This document shows positions 35,556 to 43,955 of a DNA stretch of 64,000 nucleotides, piece after piece. Made by a program: the position numbers and the translations under genes. Under the pieces are notes generated by a model. It was given only the letters and a program-made list of their open reading frames with translations. It searched no databases and was not told the origin of the DNA. Source of the stretch: a bacterium. Lineage in GTDB: Bacteria; Verrucomicrobiota; Kiritimatiellia; RFP12; UBA1067. The stretch spans positions 7,644 through 71,643 of the forward strand of contig JBAXOG010000003.1 of the NCBI GenBank assembly GCA_037133395.1, in the 5' to 3' direction. Positions within the stretch are counted from its first letter, which is position 1. Each line of letters opens with the position of its first letter.

Positions 35556-37418
35556 ATGAAAAACAAAACAAGAACAAACGTAACGGCATCATTGCCATTG
35601 AAACTCATTTTGACTGTCCTGCTGCTGGCGACGTTCTCCGAGGTGCACGCCGCCAAGCCGGTCGACCTCTCGCATGTGCCGCAGATCAGCGAGACGCCAC
35701 AGCAACGTGATGAGCGCCTGCAATGGTTCCGCGACGCGAAGCTCGGGATGATGATCTGTTGGGGCCCCAACTCGCTGGGCGAGTGCGAGATCGGCTGGAG
35801 CCGCAAGGCCGCCCGGCCCTGGGACATCGGCAAGCCTAACAACGACAGAAAGCGCACGGAGGATCCGGTTTACGACAACTATTACCAGCAGTTCAACCCG
35901 ACGAATTTCAATGCCGACGCCTGGGCGCAAATGGCGAAGGCGTGCGGGTTCGAATACGTGGTGGTCCTCACCAAGCATCATGACGGGTTTTCGATGTTCG
36001 ACTCGAAGGTGACCGACTACGACATCATGGCGACGCCTTACAAGCGCGACATCATCAAGCAGTTCGCGGATGCATTCCACAAGCAGGGAATACGCTTCGG
36101 ACTCTACTATTCGACCCGCGATTGGTATCACCCTGATTATCTCCAAGGCGACAACGCCAAGTATGACCAGTGGTATCGCACCCAGATCGAAGAGCTGCTC
36201 ACCCACTACGGCCCCGTGTCCGTCTTATGGTTCGACAGCGTGGGCGGCAACGACTGGGGCAAATGGAAGTTCGATGACCTGTTCTCGATGATGTATCGCT
36301 TACAGCCGGGCTTGCTTGTCAATAACCGCGTGAAATTCATCGGGCCAAAGACTCCCGAAGACCGTGGTCCCGCATCGCCCGAAATCAAGACCATGACGCA
36401 GGGCGACTTTGGCACGCCGGAAGGTGTGATCGGCGCTTTCACGATCGACAAGGACTGGGAGTCCTGTCTGCGCGTGGGCCGGGGATGGTCCTATCGGGGT
36501 GAAGAGGGACACCGGAAACCGGCTGATGTGATCCGGATGCTGGTCAGCGCGGTGACTGGCGGGGGCAACCTGCTCTTGAGCTTCGGCCCACGGCCGGACG
36601 GTTCGATCGTCGGCTTCGAAACTGAAGTCGCTCAGGCTTTGGGAAATTGGCTCAAGAAAAATGGCGAGGCGATCTACGGGACGCGCGGCGGACCGTATCG
36701 CAACGGGATATGGGGCGGCAGTTGCCACAAGGGGGACAAACTCTATTTGCATTTCTACCAGTGGCGGAAAGACGGTTGGACGTTCGATCCGCTGCCCTGT
36801 GTTGTGAAATCCGCACGCACGCTTGCGGGTGCAAAGGTGCACTTCGAGCAAACCGCCAAGGCGCTATCGCTTCGCTTCGACAAGGCGGAGTTTGCAACTC
36901 CCGCAACGGTTGTCGAACTGACACTCGATCAGCCGGTCAAGGACGGGCTGGTCGTGGGTGGCGTGCATGGGGAGGACCTCTCGGAACACGGCAAAATCCT
37001 CAGCGAGAACGCGACCCTGGAGTTGAGTTCGCAGTCGCGCCATGACAAGGGCGAACACGAGCGCTTGTTCAAAGGGCAGCGGGCCAAATACGGCGACGCC
37101 TTCCAGACTGAACCTGAGAAGAACCCTTGGGCCAGGATTGATCTCGGCGCGGTAAAGAACGTCAAGGCCGTCGTGATCGAGAACAAGCCGACGGAGCGCC
37201 GGAGCGAGGGGCTGATCCTGTCGGTTTCGACGGACGGAAAGAAATGGGCCGAAATCTGGAAGGCAGAACAATGGGATTTGAGTTGGACGGTTCCAATCAC
37301 GACCCTTGAAGCCGGCGCCGAGGTGCCGGGACGCAAGGCCCGTTATTTCAAGGTGGAAACCAAGGGCGATACAACCCGCCCGCTGATTTTGCAAAGGTTC
37401 ACCGTTTATGGGGAATGA
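35556..37418 (+). CDS. alpha-L-fucosidase (GH29) with C-terminal F5/8 type C-like domain
   Basis: The ORF is open from 35526. ATG 35556 begins MKNKTRTNVTASLPLKLILTVLLLA (signal peptide). GH29 blocks: LQWFRDAKLGMMICWGP and VVVLTKHHDGFSMFDS. It is highly similar to 29309..31129 at both protein and DNA level. Confidence 0.85.
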   Translation: MKNKTRTNVTASLPLKLILTVLLLATFSEVHAAKPVDLSHVPQISETPQQRDERLQWFRDAKLGMMICWGPNSLGECEIGWSRKAARPWDIGKPNNDRKRTEDPVYDNYYQQFNPTNFNADAWAQMAKACGFEYVVVLTKHHDGFSMFDSKVTDYDIMATPYKRDIIKQFADAFHKQGIRFGLYYSTRDWYHPDYLQGDNAKYDQWYRTQIEELLTHYGPVSVLWFDSVGGNDWGKWKFDDLFSMMYRLQPGLLVNNRVKFIGPKTPEDRGPASPEIKTMTQGDFGTPEGVIGAFTIDKDWESCLRVGRGWSYRGEEGHRKPADVIRMLVSAVTGGGNLLLSFGPRPDGSIVGFETEVAQALGNWLKKNGEAIYGTRGGPYRNGIWGGSCHKGDKLYLHFYQWRKDGWTFDPLPCVVKSARTLAGAKVHFEQTAKALSLRFDKAEFATPATVVELTLDQPVKDGLVVGGVHGEDLSEHGKILSENATLELSSQSRHDKGEHERLFKGQRAKYGDAFQTEPEKNPWARIDLGAVKNVKAVVIENKPTERRSEGLILSVSTDGKKWAEIWKAEQWDLSWTVPITTLEAGAEVPGRKARYFKVETKGDTTRPLILQRFTVYGE

Positions 37419-37431
37419 AGATGAGGAGAAT

Positions 37432-39246
37432 ATGACGACGATGAGAAAATGGGTTCAGGTTGGATTGTCTGTGTCGTGCGCCGTGGACATCTTCATAATT
37501 GGCGTAGCGGTAGCAGCGCCGGCTTCGGCTGGCGTTTTGGCGAGAGCCTCCAGCAGCGCGAGTGCGAAAAGCAGCGCTGATAAGGCCATGGATGGGGATG
37601 AGGCCACCTGGTGGTCGCCGACGCGCGAGGAGTGGACTACCAGAAGACCGACGTGGCTGGAGGTGGACCTCGGCGAAGAGCGGGAGATCGGCCATGCGTT
37701 CGTCACGGAACTGGCCGGTGGCAGTTATCCGCACATCCAGGACTTCCGGATTGAATACAAAGACGGGGATACATGGAAGTGCGTCCATGAGGGCGCGGAG
37801 ATTTTTGGACGGCGCGTTTACGACTTCAAATCTGTGAAAGCGCGCGTGTTTCGAATGACCTTCATCAAGGTGCTGAGGTATCCGCAAAGCATCAATGAGT
37901 TTCACCTGTATGCGCCTGGAAAGCTGCCGGAGGCGGCGCTGGAGGCCAAGCGTCAGGAGGCGGAAACCGCCAAGCGCCTCGAGTGGTTCAAGGCCGCCAA
38001 ATACGGGATGATGATTACTTGGGGGCCTTATGCCGTGGCCGGAGGCGAGTGGAATGGCAAACCTGTGAAGGGCATCGGTGAGTGGATTATGCGCCGGGCC
38101 AATGATGACAAGGGCATTCCCCTCAAGGAATACGAGCAACTCGCGGCGCGGTTCAACCCGACGAAGTTCAACGCCGATGAGTGGGTCCAATTGGCGGTCG
38201 ATGCGGGGATGAAATACATCGTCGCCATGCCCAAGCACCACGACGGCTTCGCGATGTTCCACTCGGCGGTGGATAAGTATAACATTTTTGATTACACCCA
38301 GTGGAAGCGGGATCCCATGAAGGAACTGGCGGCGGCCTGTGCCAAGAAAGGGATCAAGCTGGGATTCTACTACTCGCAGTCGCAGGATTGGCATCATCCA
38401 TACGGCGCGGGCAACGATCTGGAGTATCCGCCCCTCAACAAACCGATCGAGGATTTTTCAAAATACCTCAACGAAAAGGCATTGCCCCAGGTACGTGAAA
38501 TCATGACCGGGTATGGTCCCGTGGCCCTGATCTGGTTTGACACCCCAAAAAACATGCCTGCCGACTGGGCCGGAAAGTTCCGCGACGCGATCCGTGCGGT
38601 CCAGCCCGATACGCTCATCAATAGTCGCCTTGGTCCGGGAGGCTATCAGGATTACCTGTCCCGTAACGACAACGACATTCCTCCGGCTGGCCTTCCCGGC
38701 GCGTGGGAGACCGCCGCCACGCTCAATCACACATGGGGATTCAAGAAAAGTGACACGCAATGGAAGACTCCGGAGGATCTTCTCTTCAAACTCGTGGACA
38801 TCACCAGCAAGGGAGGCAACTACCTTTTGAACGTCGGTCCCGATGCCGAGGGGGTTATCCCGCAAGCCAGCCAGGACAATTTAAGGAAAGTGGGTGCCTG
38901 GCTCAAGGTCAACGGAGAAGCAGTTTATGGCACGGGTCCCACGCCGTTTGGCGCGGAGCTCGGCAGCGTCGATCCCGTTAAAAAAGACAAGGGGGGCTAT
39001 CCGCTTTTCAACCCCAACACCGCCTGGCGCTGCACGACGAAGCCCGGAAAACTTTACATCACCCTCTTCCAGTGGCCCAGTACCACGTTCGAATTGCCCG
39101 GTGTAAAAGAGAAGGTGACAAAAGCTTACTTTCTAAGCGAGCGGACCAAGCCGGTGAGCTTCTCGCAGGAAACCGATAAACTGGTGGTCCGGCTTCCACC
39201 GCAGGCACCTGATGCCATGGCCTCGGTGCTTTGTTTGGAATATTGA
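37432..39246 (+). CDS. alpha-L-fucosidase (GH29) with N-terminal F5/8 type C-like domain
   Basis: The ORF is open from 37408. ATG 37432 is preceded by GAGGAG. The N-terminus is discoidin-like (AMDGDEATWW...FRIEYKDGDTW). GH29 blocks: LEWFKAAKYGMMITWGPY and MKYIVAMPKHHDGFAMFHS. Confidence 0.85.
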   Translation: MTTMRKWVQVGLSVSCAVDIFIIGVAVAAPASAGVLARASSSASAKSSADKAMDGDEATWWSPTREEWTTRRPTWLEVDLGEEREIGHAFVTELAGGSYPHIQDFRIEYKDGDTWKCVHEGAEIFGRRVYDFKSVKARVFRMTFIKVLRYPQSINEFHLYAPGKLPEAALEAKRQEAETAKRLEWFKAAKYGMMITWGPYAVAGGEWNGKPVKGIGEWIMRRANDDKGIPLKEYEQLAARFNPTKFNADEWVQLAVDAGMKYIVAMPKHHDGFAMFHSAVDKYNIFDYTQWKRDPMKELAAACAKKGIKLGFYYSQSQDWHHPYGAGNDLEYPPLNKPIEDFSKYLNEKALPQVREIMTGYGPVALIWFDTPKNMPADWAGKFRDAIRAVQPDTLINSRLGPGGYQDYLSRNDNDIPPAGLPGAWETAATLNHTWGFKKSDTQWKTPEDLLFKLVDITSKGGNYLLNVGPDAEGVIPQASQDNLRKVGAWLKVNGEAVYGTGPTPFGAELGSVDPVKKDKGGYPLFNPNTAWRCTTKPGKLYITLFQWPSTTFELPGVKEKVTKAYFLSERTKPVSFSQETDKLVVRLPPQAPDAMASVLCLEY

Positions 39247-39353
39247 AAGCTCAAGCGGAAGCGAAACCGACGCGCTCTTCCTGGAAGTGGGTTGCGGGAA
39301 TTGCCGCTTCAAGGCGAGCTAACGTATTTGAATGGCTGGGCTTCTTTGACGTT

Positions 39354-39378
39354 TGCGCAAAAAAACAAAAAATAAACG
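39354..39378 (+). promoter_or_regulatory. 25-nt box TGCGCAAAAAAACAAAAAATAAACG upstream of the beta-strand-repeat/P3 operon
   Basis: It is identical at 22 of 25 positions to 19918..19942. It lies about 110 nt upstream of ATG 39470. Confidence 0.4.
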
Positions 39379-39469
39379 CAATAGTCTGTGGTGTTTTTTG
39401 AGCGGCTTTGCTTAAATAAGCCTATAATAAATACGTGGTTACAACAAAACGTTAAAAAGGAGAACAACG

Positions 39470-41026
39470 ATGAAAAACAAAACAGTTGTCATGAAAATGC
39501 TTTGCTTGATCCTGATCGCGCCCTTGGGCGTGATGGCGGCTGATCGTCACAAGAAGGATAACAACGACAATCTGAACACGACCACGAGCTGGGTCGAGGG
39601 GGCGGTTCCTGGTAACACGGACATCGCCATCTGGGACGCCACCGTCGCTACGCCGGCGAACTGTACGAATACTGCGAGTACAGGGTTTGGTGCTGTGAAG
39701 GGTATCGTGGTTTCCGATCCTGCATCGGATGTGAGAATCACGCAGGGAACAACCGTAGCTATCGGAACGAACGGAATCGTCTTGTCCGGAACCCGTGACC
39801 TCTATTTATCCATGGGCGGGAATATTTTTAATCTTGGGACTGGAGCACAGACGTGGAATATCGCATCGGGCCGCACGGTGACGATTGACAGCACCAAGCC
39901 CTATTTCTGGTCCGGGTCATTGCAGGGAAAGCTGACACTGACAGGCGCCGGAACTGTGGTTTTTACGAACGGCACCCCTGCCATCGGTTATAATAGCGCC
40001 ATCAAGTCCAACACGCTGGAGATTGTCGACAGCACGTTGCGCCTCTACAGCGGACTATGGGTGGCCAGTTCAGGAACCGGTGTGGTCTATCAGACGGGCG
40101 GAACAGTGGATTTGCGTAACATGTGTACACTCGGGGGCGGGAATGCGGCGGTGGCATCGTATGATCTCGCAGGGGGTCAGTTCTCAAGTACGGCAAACTT
40201 AAATCTTGGCTTGTCTTTCCCCAATACGGGCAGGAGCAATAGTATCGCGCGATTCACTGTCCGAGAGGCGGGCGCGGCGCTCGTGCGGGACATTCTGATG
40301 GGCGGCAGTAGGAATACCAACGGCACGATGACGCTGACGCTGAAGACCGGCGGCACGCTGAGCGCCAATTCAATCACGACGGACGTCACCGCGGTCGACT
40401 GTGCGCTGCTGATGGAATTTGACGGCGGGATCCTGAAACCGACAGGGAATAACGCGACTTTCTTCAACGCGATGGCACAGGCGGCGGGATCCGTCGGTAC
40501 ATCAAAGGCGACCCTTTCAGCCAATGGCGCGGTCATTGACACGGCGGGTTATAACGTCACGATCGCGCAGCCTCTGGCCGATGCGGACGGACAGGTGGGG
40601 CGCTTGGTCAAGCTGGGCGCGGGAACGTTGACGCTGACCAATGCCCATACGTTCACGGGGCCCGTGGTGGTCAGTAACGGTACATTGCGCGTGGCATCCA
40701 ACGCGACGCTGGCCAGCACGAACTGGGTCATCGCGGCCGGCGCCACGAACACGTTCGACAGCGCCGTGAGTCTGGCGGGCAAGAACGTCACGATCGATGC
40801 GGGCGGGTCGGTGAATCCCGGCCTGCTGGACGTGACGGGTACCCTTACGCTGGGTGGCAAGCTAACGGTGGTCAACACGGGCGACCGGCAGAAGATCGCC
40901 CAATGTACTGGGGTACTGTCGGGCGACTTCGATGAGGTTGTACCCAAAGGATATATCGTGCGGAAAATCGGCGACACGGAACTGTGGTTGATAAAGATCA
41001 AAGGCACCCTGATCAGCGTATTATGA
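39470..41026 (+). CDS. autotransporter-associated beta-strand repeat (PATR-type) surface protein
   Basis: 518-aa ORF with an AAGGAG Shine-Dalgarno and a signal peptide. PATR-like repeats are present (LTLTGAGTVVFTNG, KLGAGTLTLTNAHTFTGPVVVSNGTLRV). The C-terminal tail is ...KGTLISVL. Confidence 0.85.
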   Translation: MKNKTVVMKMLCLILIAPLGVMAADRHKKDNNDNLNTTTSWVEGAVPGNTDIAIWDATVATPANCTNTASTGFGAVKGIVVSDPASDVRITQGTTVAIGTNGIVLSGTRDLYLSMGGNIFNLGTGAQTWNIASGRTVTIDSTKPYFWSGSLQGKLTLTGAGTVVFTNGTPAIGYNSAIKSNTLEIVDSTLRLYSGLWVASSGTGVVYQTGGTVDLRNMCTLGGGNAAVASYDLAGGQFSSTANLNLGLSFPNTGRSNSIARFTVREAGAALVRDILMGGSRNTNGTMTLTLKTGGTLSANSITTDVTAVDCALLMEFDGGILKPTGNNATFFNAMAQAAGSVGTSKATLSANGAVIDTAGYNVTIAQPLADADGQVGRLVKLGAGTLTLTNAHTFTGPVVVSNGTLRVASNATLASTNWVIAAGATNTFDSAVSLAGKNVTIDAGGSVNPGLLDVTGTLTLGGKLTVVNTGDRQKIAQCTGVLSGDFDEVVPKGYIVRKIGDTELWLIKIKGTLISVL

Positions 41027-41095
41027 CGATGCCTGGCAATTCTGTCTGACATTGAATCGGCGGGGCGGCTTTCGGGGGAGAGCCGAAGAGGAGGA

Positions 41096-43915
41096 ATGAC
41101 CATGAGCGTGAGTACCGATTGCTGTTATGCGAGCAGCGGGGGACTGTGGATGGTGCTTGCCGTCTTTGCTGCCTTCATGCAGCCGGGCGTTTCCAGAAGC
41201 GAGAGTACGACGATTAGCCGTATGCTGGAAAATGAAGCCTATCGAATACAGGTGCTGAACAACGGAACACTGGAGCTGCTCCCGGCGGGCAGCAAGGCGG
41301 CGTTCGTTTTCCGACCTGAATTCACGGCCCTGCTTCAATTCGGAACGTTGACATTGGTCGGTGCCAAGTGCCAGGAGCCCGTCTACAATCTGGTCGGCTG
41401 GAAGATCGGCGCCAGCAAGGACACGATTCTGGATGTGTATCAAACAGGCGAGCGGAGGGTATTGGATCAGCCGGTCGTAACCGTCTTCAAGGATCATGTC
41501 GAGTGGAAATTCTCAGGCGAGGACCTTGAGGTGTCGGCCACCGTCAGGTTGCCGGAAGGGGCGGCTGATCCGGTTCTCACGTATTCCGTGGTTGCCAAAA
41601 AAAATGCGTTTTATTCGGTTGCCTATTCGGGTGCGCCTGCGGCATCGTTAAAAGATGCGGTTGAAGTGTGGCAGCCCTTGATTTGGGATGGTCGGCGTCT
41701 TCCTGTACAAAGTTATCTGATGAGTGATGTCTTCTGTTCGATTCCCGGCTGTCTGGTAGAGACCGCCCAGGGAACCTGTGGCGTGATGGCAGACCCCCTG
41801 CTGTTCCCATATGAGATGCCGAACGGGCGGAACACGCGCTTCGGCGTGGTGCTTCGGAACGCGGAGGGACGGGCGCAACCCCTTGTCTTTGCGCCGGTTC
41901 CCGGTACGGTAAACGCGAAGTTCAAGCCAGGGCAGCGGGCTGATTTCACGTTGGTTCTGGTGGCCAGAAACCGGTCGCTAAGCGCAACCTTCGAGCATGT
42001 GGCCCGCGCGATCTGCAAATTTCGCGATGTGCGTGAAAACACGCTGGCCACGTTGAATCAGGCGTTGGACAACATGATTGATTTCGCCCTGAGCGAAAAG
42101 GCGGAGTTCAGTCCAGCGGATCGCGCCTTCACGTATCACGATTCCAAGGGCACGGTGAAAAATGTCTCCGCGCTCCATCCGCTCTCTGTCGGACAGGTGA
42201 TGGATAACGAGAAGCTGTTCCACGAGCAAGGGATACCCATTTTGGAATACCTGATGTCGCGGGAAAAGTTCCTGTTCGCCTTTTCAGCGGAGGCCAGGAA
42301 TCAGACGCCCTCGCGGAACATGTCCGGCCCTGCCATGCCGATCGCGGAGTTGGCAGCGCTTCAGCGGATGACGGGAGGAGCCTCGCCGATATTTCTTGAA
42401 GAGGCGCTGCGTCTGCATGGGGTGGATCGGATGCTGAACATGGAATGGGTCAGTCCGAAGAATGCGTGGCAGAACGATCTCTGGCTGTACCGGGCAACGC
42501 GCGACATGAAGTATTTGGAAGCTTCCTGTCGTAAGGCCGATCGTTATATTGCCGAGCGGATTGACAAACAGCCGACGGATTTCAAAGAAGCGGGCGTCGG
42601 AACGTTTTTCGATTACATGACGCCGGCCTGGAAGGAATTGTACGAGCTATATGTTGAGACCCGGAACGCGAAGTATCTGGAGGCCGCACATAGAGGAGCC
42701 AGAAGATATGCGCAGTTCATCTGGTTTTTCCCTGCGGTTCCGGAGGGGGACATCGCGGTGAATCAAAGTGGCTTTGCCCCGCGCCGGGGGAGCGATCAGC
42801 CCAGCGCGATTCCCGTGCAACCCGAGACCGTTCCCGCATGGCGGGTCTCGGAGCAGGGACTGATGGCGGAAGGTAACGGTACGGCCGGCCGGCTCGGCAT
42901 CCTGCTTGCCACGCATGCGCCGTGGTTTCGCCGTATCGGGTTTGAGGCAAAAGATCCCTTCTTAAGCGACATCGCCCGTTCGGCCGTCATCGGACGATAT
43001 GCCAACTTCCCGGGTTATCATGTCAACACCGCGTATTCGACTGCCCAGGAGAAGTTCGAGTTTCCATTGCATACCTTCACCAATCTTGCGCGCGTGACCT
43101 CCTTTCACTTCAACCATGTGCTCCCCATGGCGAATCTGGCACTGGATTACCTGATGGCGGATGCGTATGCGGTGTCCAAAGGCCTGATTGATTTCCCTTC
43201 CGAATATACGGAAGGATATGCCTATCTTGCCGCCAAGGTGTATGGCGCGCCCGGACGTTTTTATGATGTTGGAAACGTGTATCCGTGGATGCCGAAGGGG
43301 CTGGTCACCACGGATACGGTTCAGTTGAACTATGTGGCCGGGCGTACGGAGGACACCTTCTGTCTGGCGTTGGTGAATCAATGTGCGCGCGAATTGAAAG
43401 ACGTTACGGTACGTTTGGATGGAAACCGTTTCGCTCAGCACGCGAAGGGAACGTTTCCAGCCCGTTGTTGGGTGGACAATCAACTGCAAAAGGATGGCAT
43501 GTCTGTTGAGAACGGCATCTGTAGAGTTTCCGTGCCGGCAAAGGGTCTTGTCGCGCTTGCCGTCAGCGGCTTGAAACCTGTTCCGACATTCCAGGACAAA
43601 GTCAGACCCGCTGCGGCAACACCTGTAATGACGCCGAGCCGTTGGCGTCTGAAGGCGCCTCAAGGTGACGATGTGGTTGCCATGGTGCTTTCCTTCGGCC
43701 CTGAACTGACCTGGCTTTATGCTTATCAGACAGGGACCTCCGGCACCGTGAAGGCTCTTGCGCTCACCGTGAAGACAACCTCCCGGAGCTGTACGCTACG
43801 CGATGAAGCGTTCCCCTTTGAATTTACTTTGCCCCTTTCCGAAAAGGAACGGATCCTTGAACTTTCGCTGGAGGCAGAGGCTGTTAACGAACAAAAAGCG
43901 CAGGCGGCTCTGTGA
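41096..43915 (+). CDS. secreted protein of unassigned family, paralog P3
   Basis: 939-aa ORF. An alternative ATG at 41102 has better spacing to GGAGGA. The N-terminus is signal-like. Blocks shared with P1: [36 protein letters not shown]...WMPKGLV, and the N-terminal EAYRIQVLNNGTL. Confidence 0.75.
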   Translation: MTMSVSTDCCYASSGGLWMVLAVFAAFMQPGVSRSESTTISRMLENEAYRIQVLNNGTLELLPAGSKAAFVFRPEFTALLQFGTLTLVGAKCQEPVYNLVGWKIGASKDTILDVYQTGERRVLDQPVVTVFKDHVEWKFSGEDLEVSATVRLPEGAADPVLTYSVVAKKNAFYSVAYSGAPAASLKDAVEVWQPLIWDGRRLPVQSYLMSDVFCSIPGCLVETAQGTCGVMADPLLFPYEMPNGRNTRFGVVLRNAEGRAQPLVFAPVPGTVNAKFKPGQRADFTLVLVARNRSLSATFEHVARAICKFRDVRENTLATLNQALDNMIDFALSEKAEFSPADRAFTYHDSKGTVKNVSALHPLSVGQVMDNEKLFHEQGIPILEYLMSREKFLFAFSAEARNQTPSRNMSGPAMPIAELAALQRMTGGASPIFLEEALRLHGVDRMLNMEWVSPKNAWQNDLWLYRATRDMKYLEASCRKADRYIAERIDKQPTDFKEAGVGTFFDYMTPAWKELYELYVETRNAKYLEAAHRGARRYAQFIWFFPAVPEGDIAVNQSGFAPRRGSDQPSAIPVQPETVPAWRVSEQGLMAEGNGTAGRLGILLATHAPWFRRIGFEAKDPFLSDIARSAVIGRYANFPGYHVNTAYSTAQEKFEFPLHTFTNLARVTSFHFNHVLPMANLALDYLMADAYAVSKGLIDFPSEYTEGYAYLAAKVYGAPGRFYDVGNVYPWMPKGLVTTDTVQLNYVAGRTEDTFCLALVNQCARELKDVTVRLDGNRFAQHAKGTFPARCWVDNQLQKDGMSVENGICRVSVPAKGLVALAVSGLKPVPTFQDKVRPAAATPVMTPSRWRLKAPQGDDVVAMVLSFGPELTWLYAYQTGTSGTVKALALTVKTTSRSCTLRDEAFPFEFTLPLSEKERILELSLEAEAVNEQKAQAAL

Positions 43916-43955
43916 TTTATGAACGACAGATGATCAATGACTCAGGAGAAGAGAC

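Noticed and set aside
30569-37394. A pair of conserved 176-aa antisense ORFs (30569..31099 and 36864..37394, both starting MQNQR)
   Set aside because: Their conservation is fully explained by the recent duplication of the sense-strand GH29 genes. It is not evidence for antisense coding.
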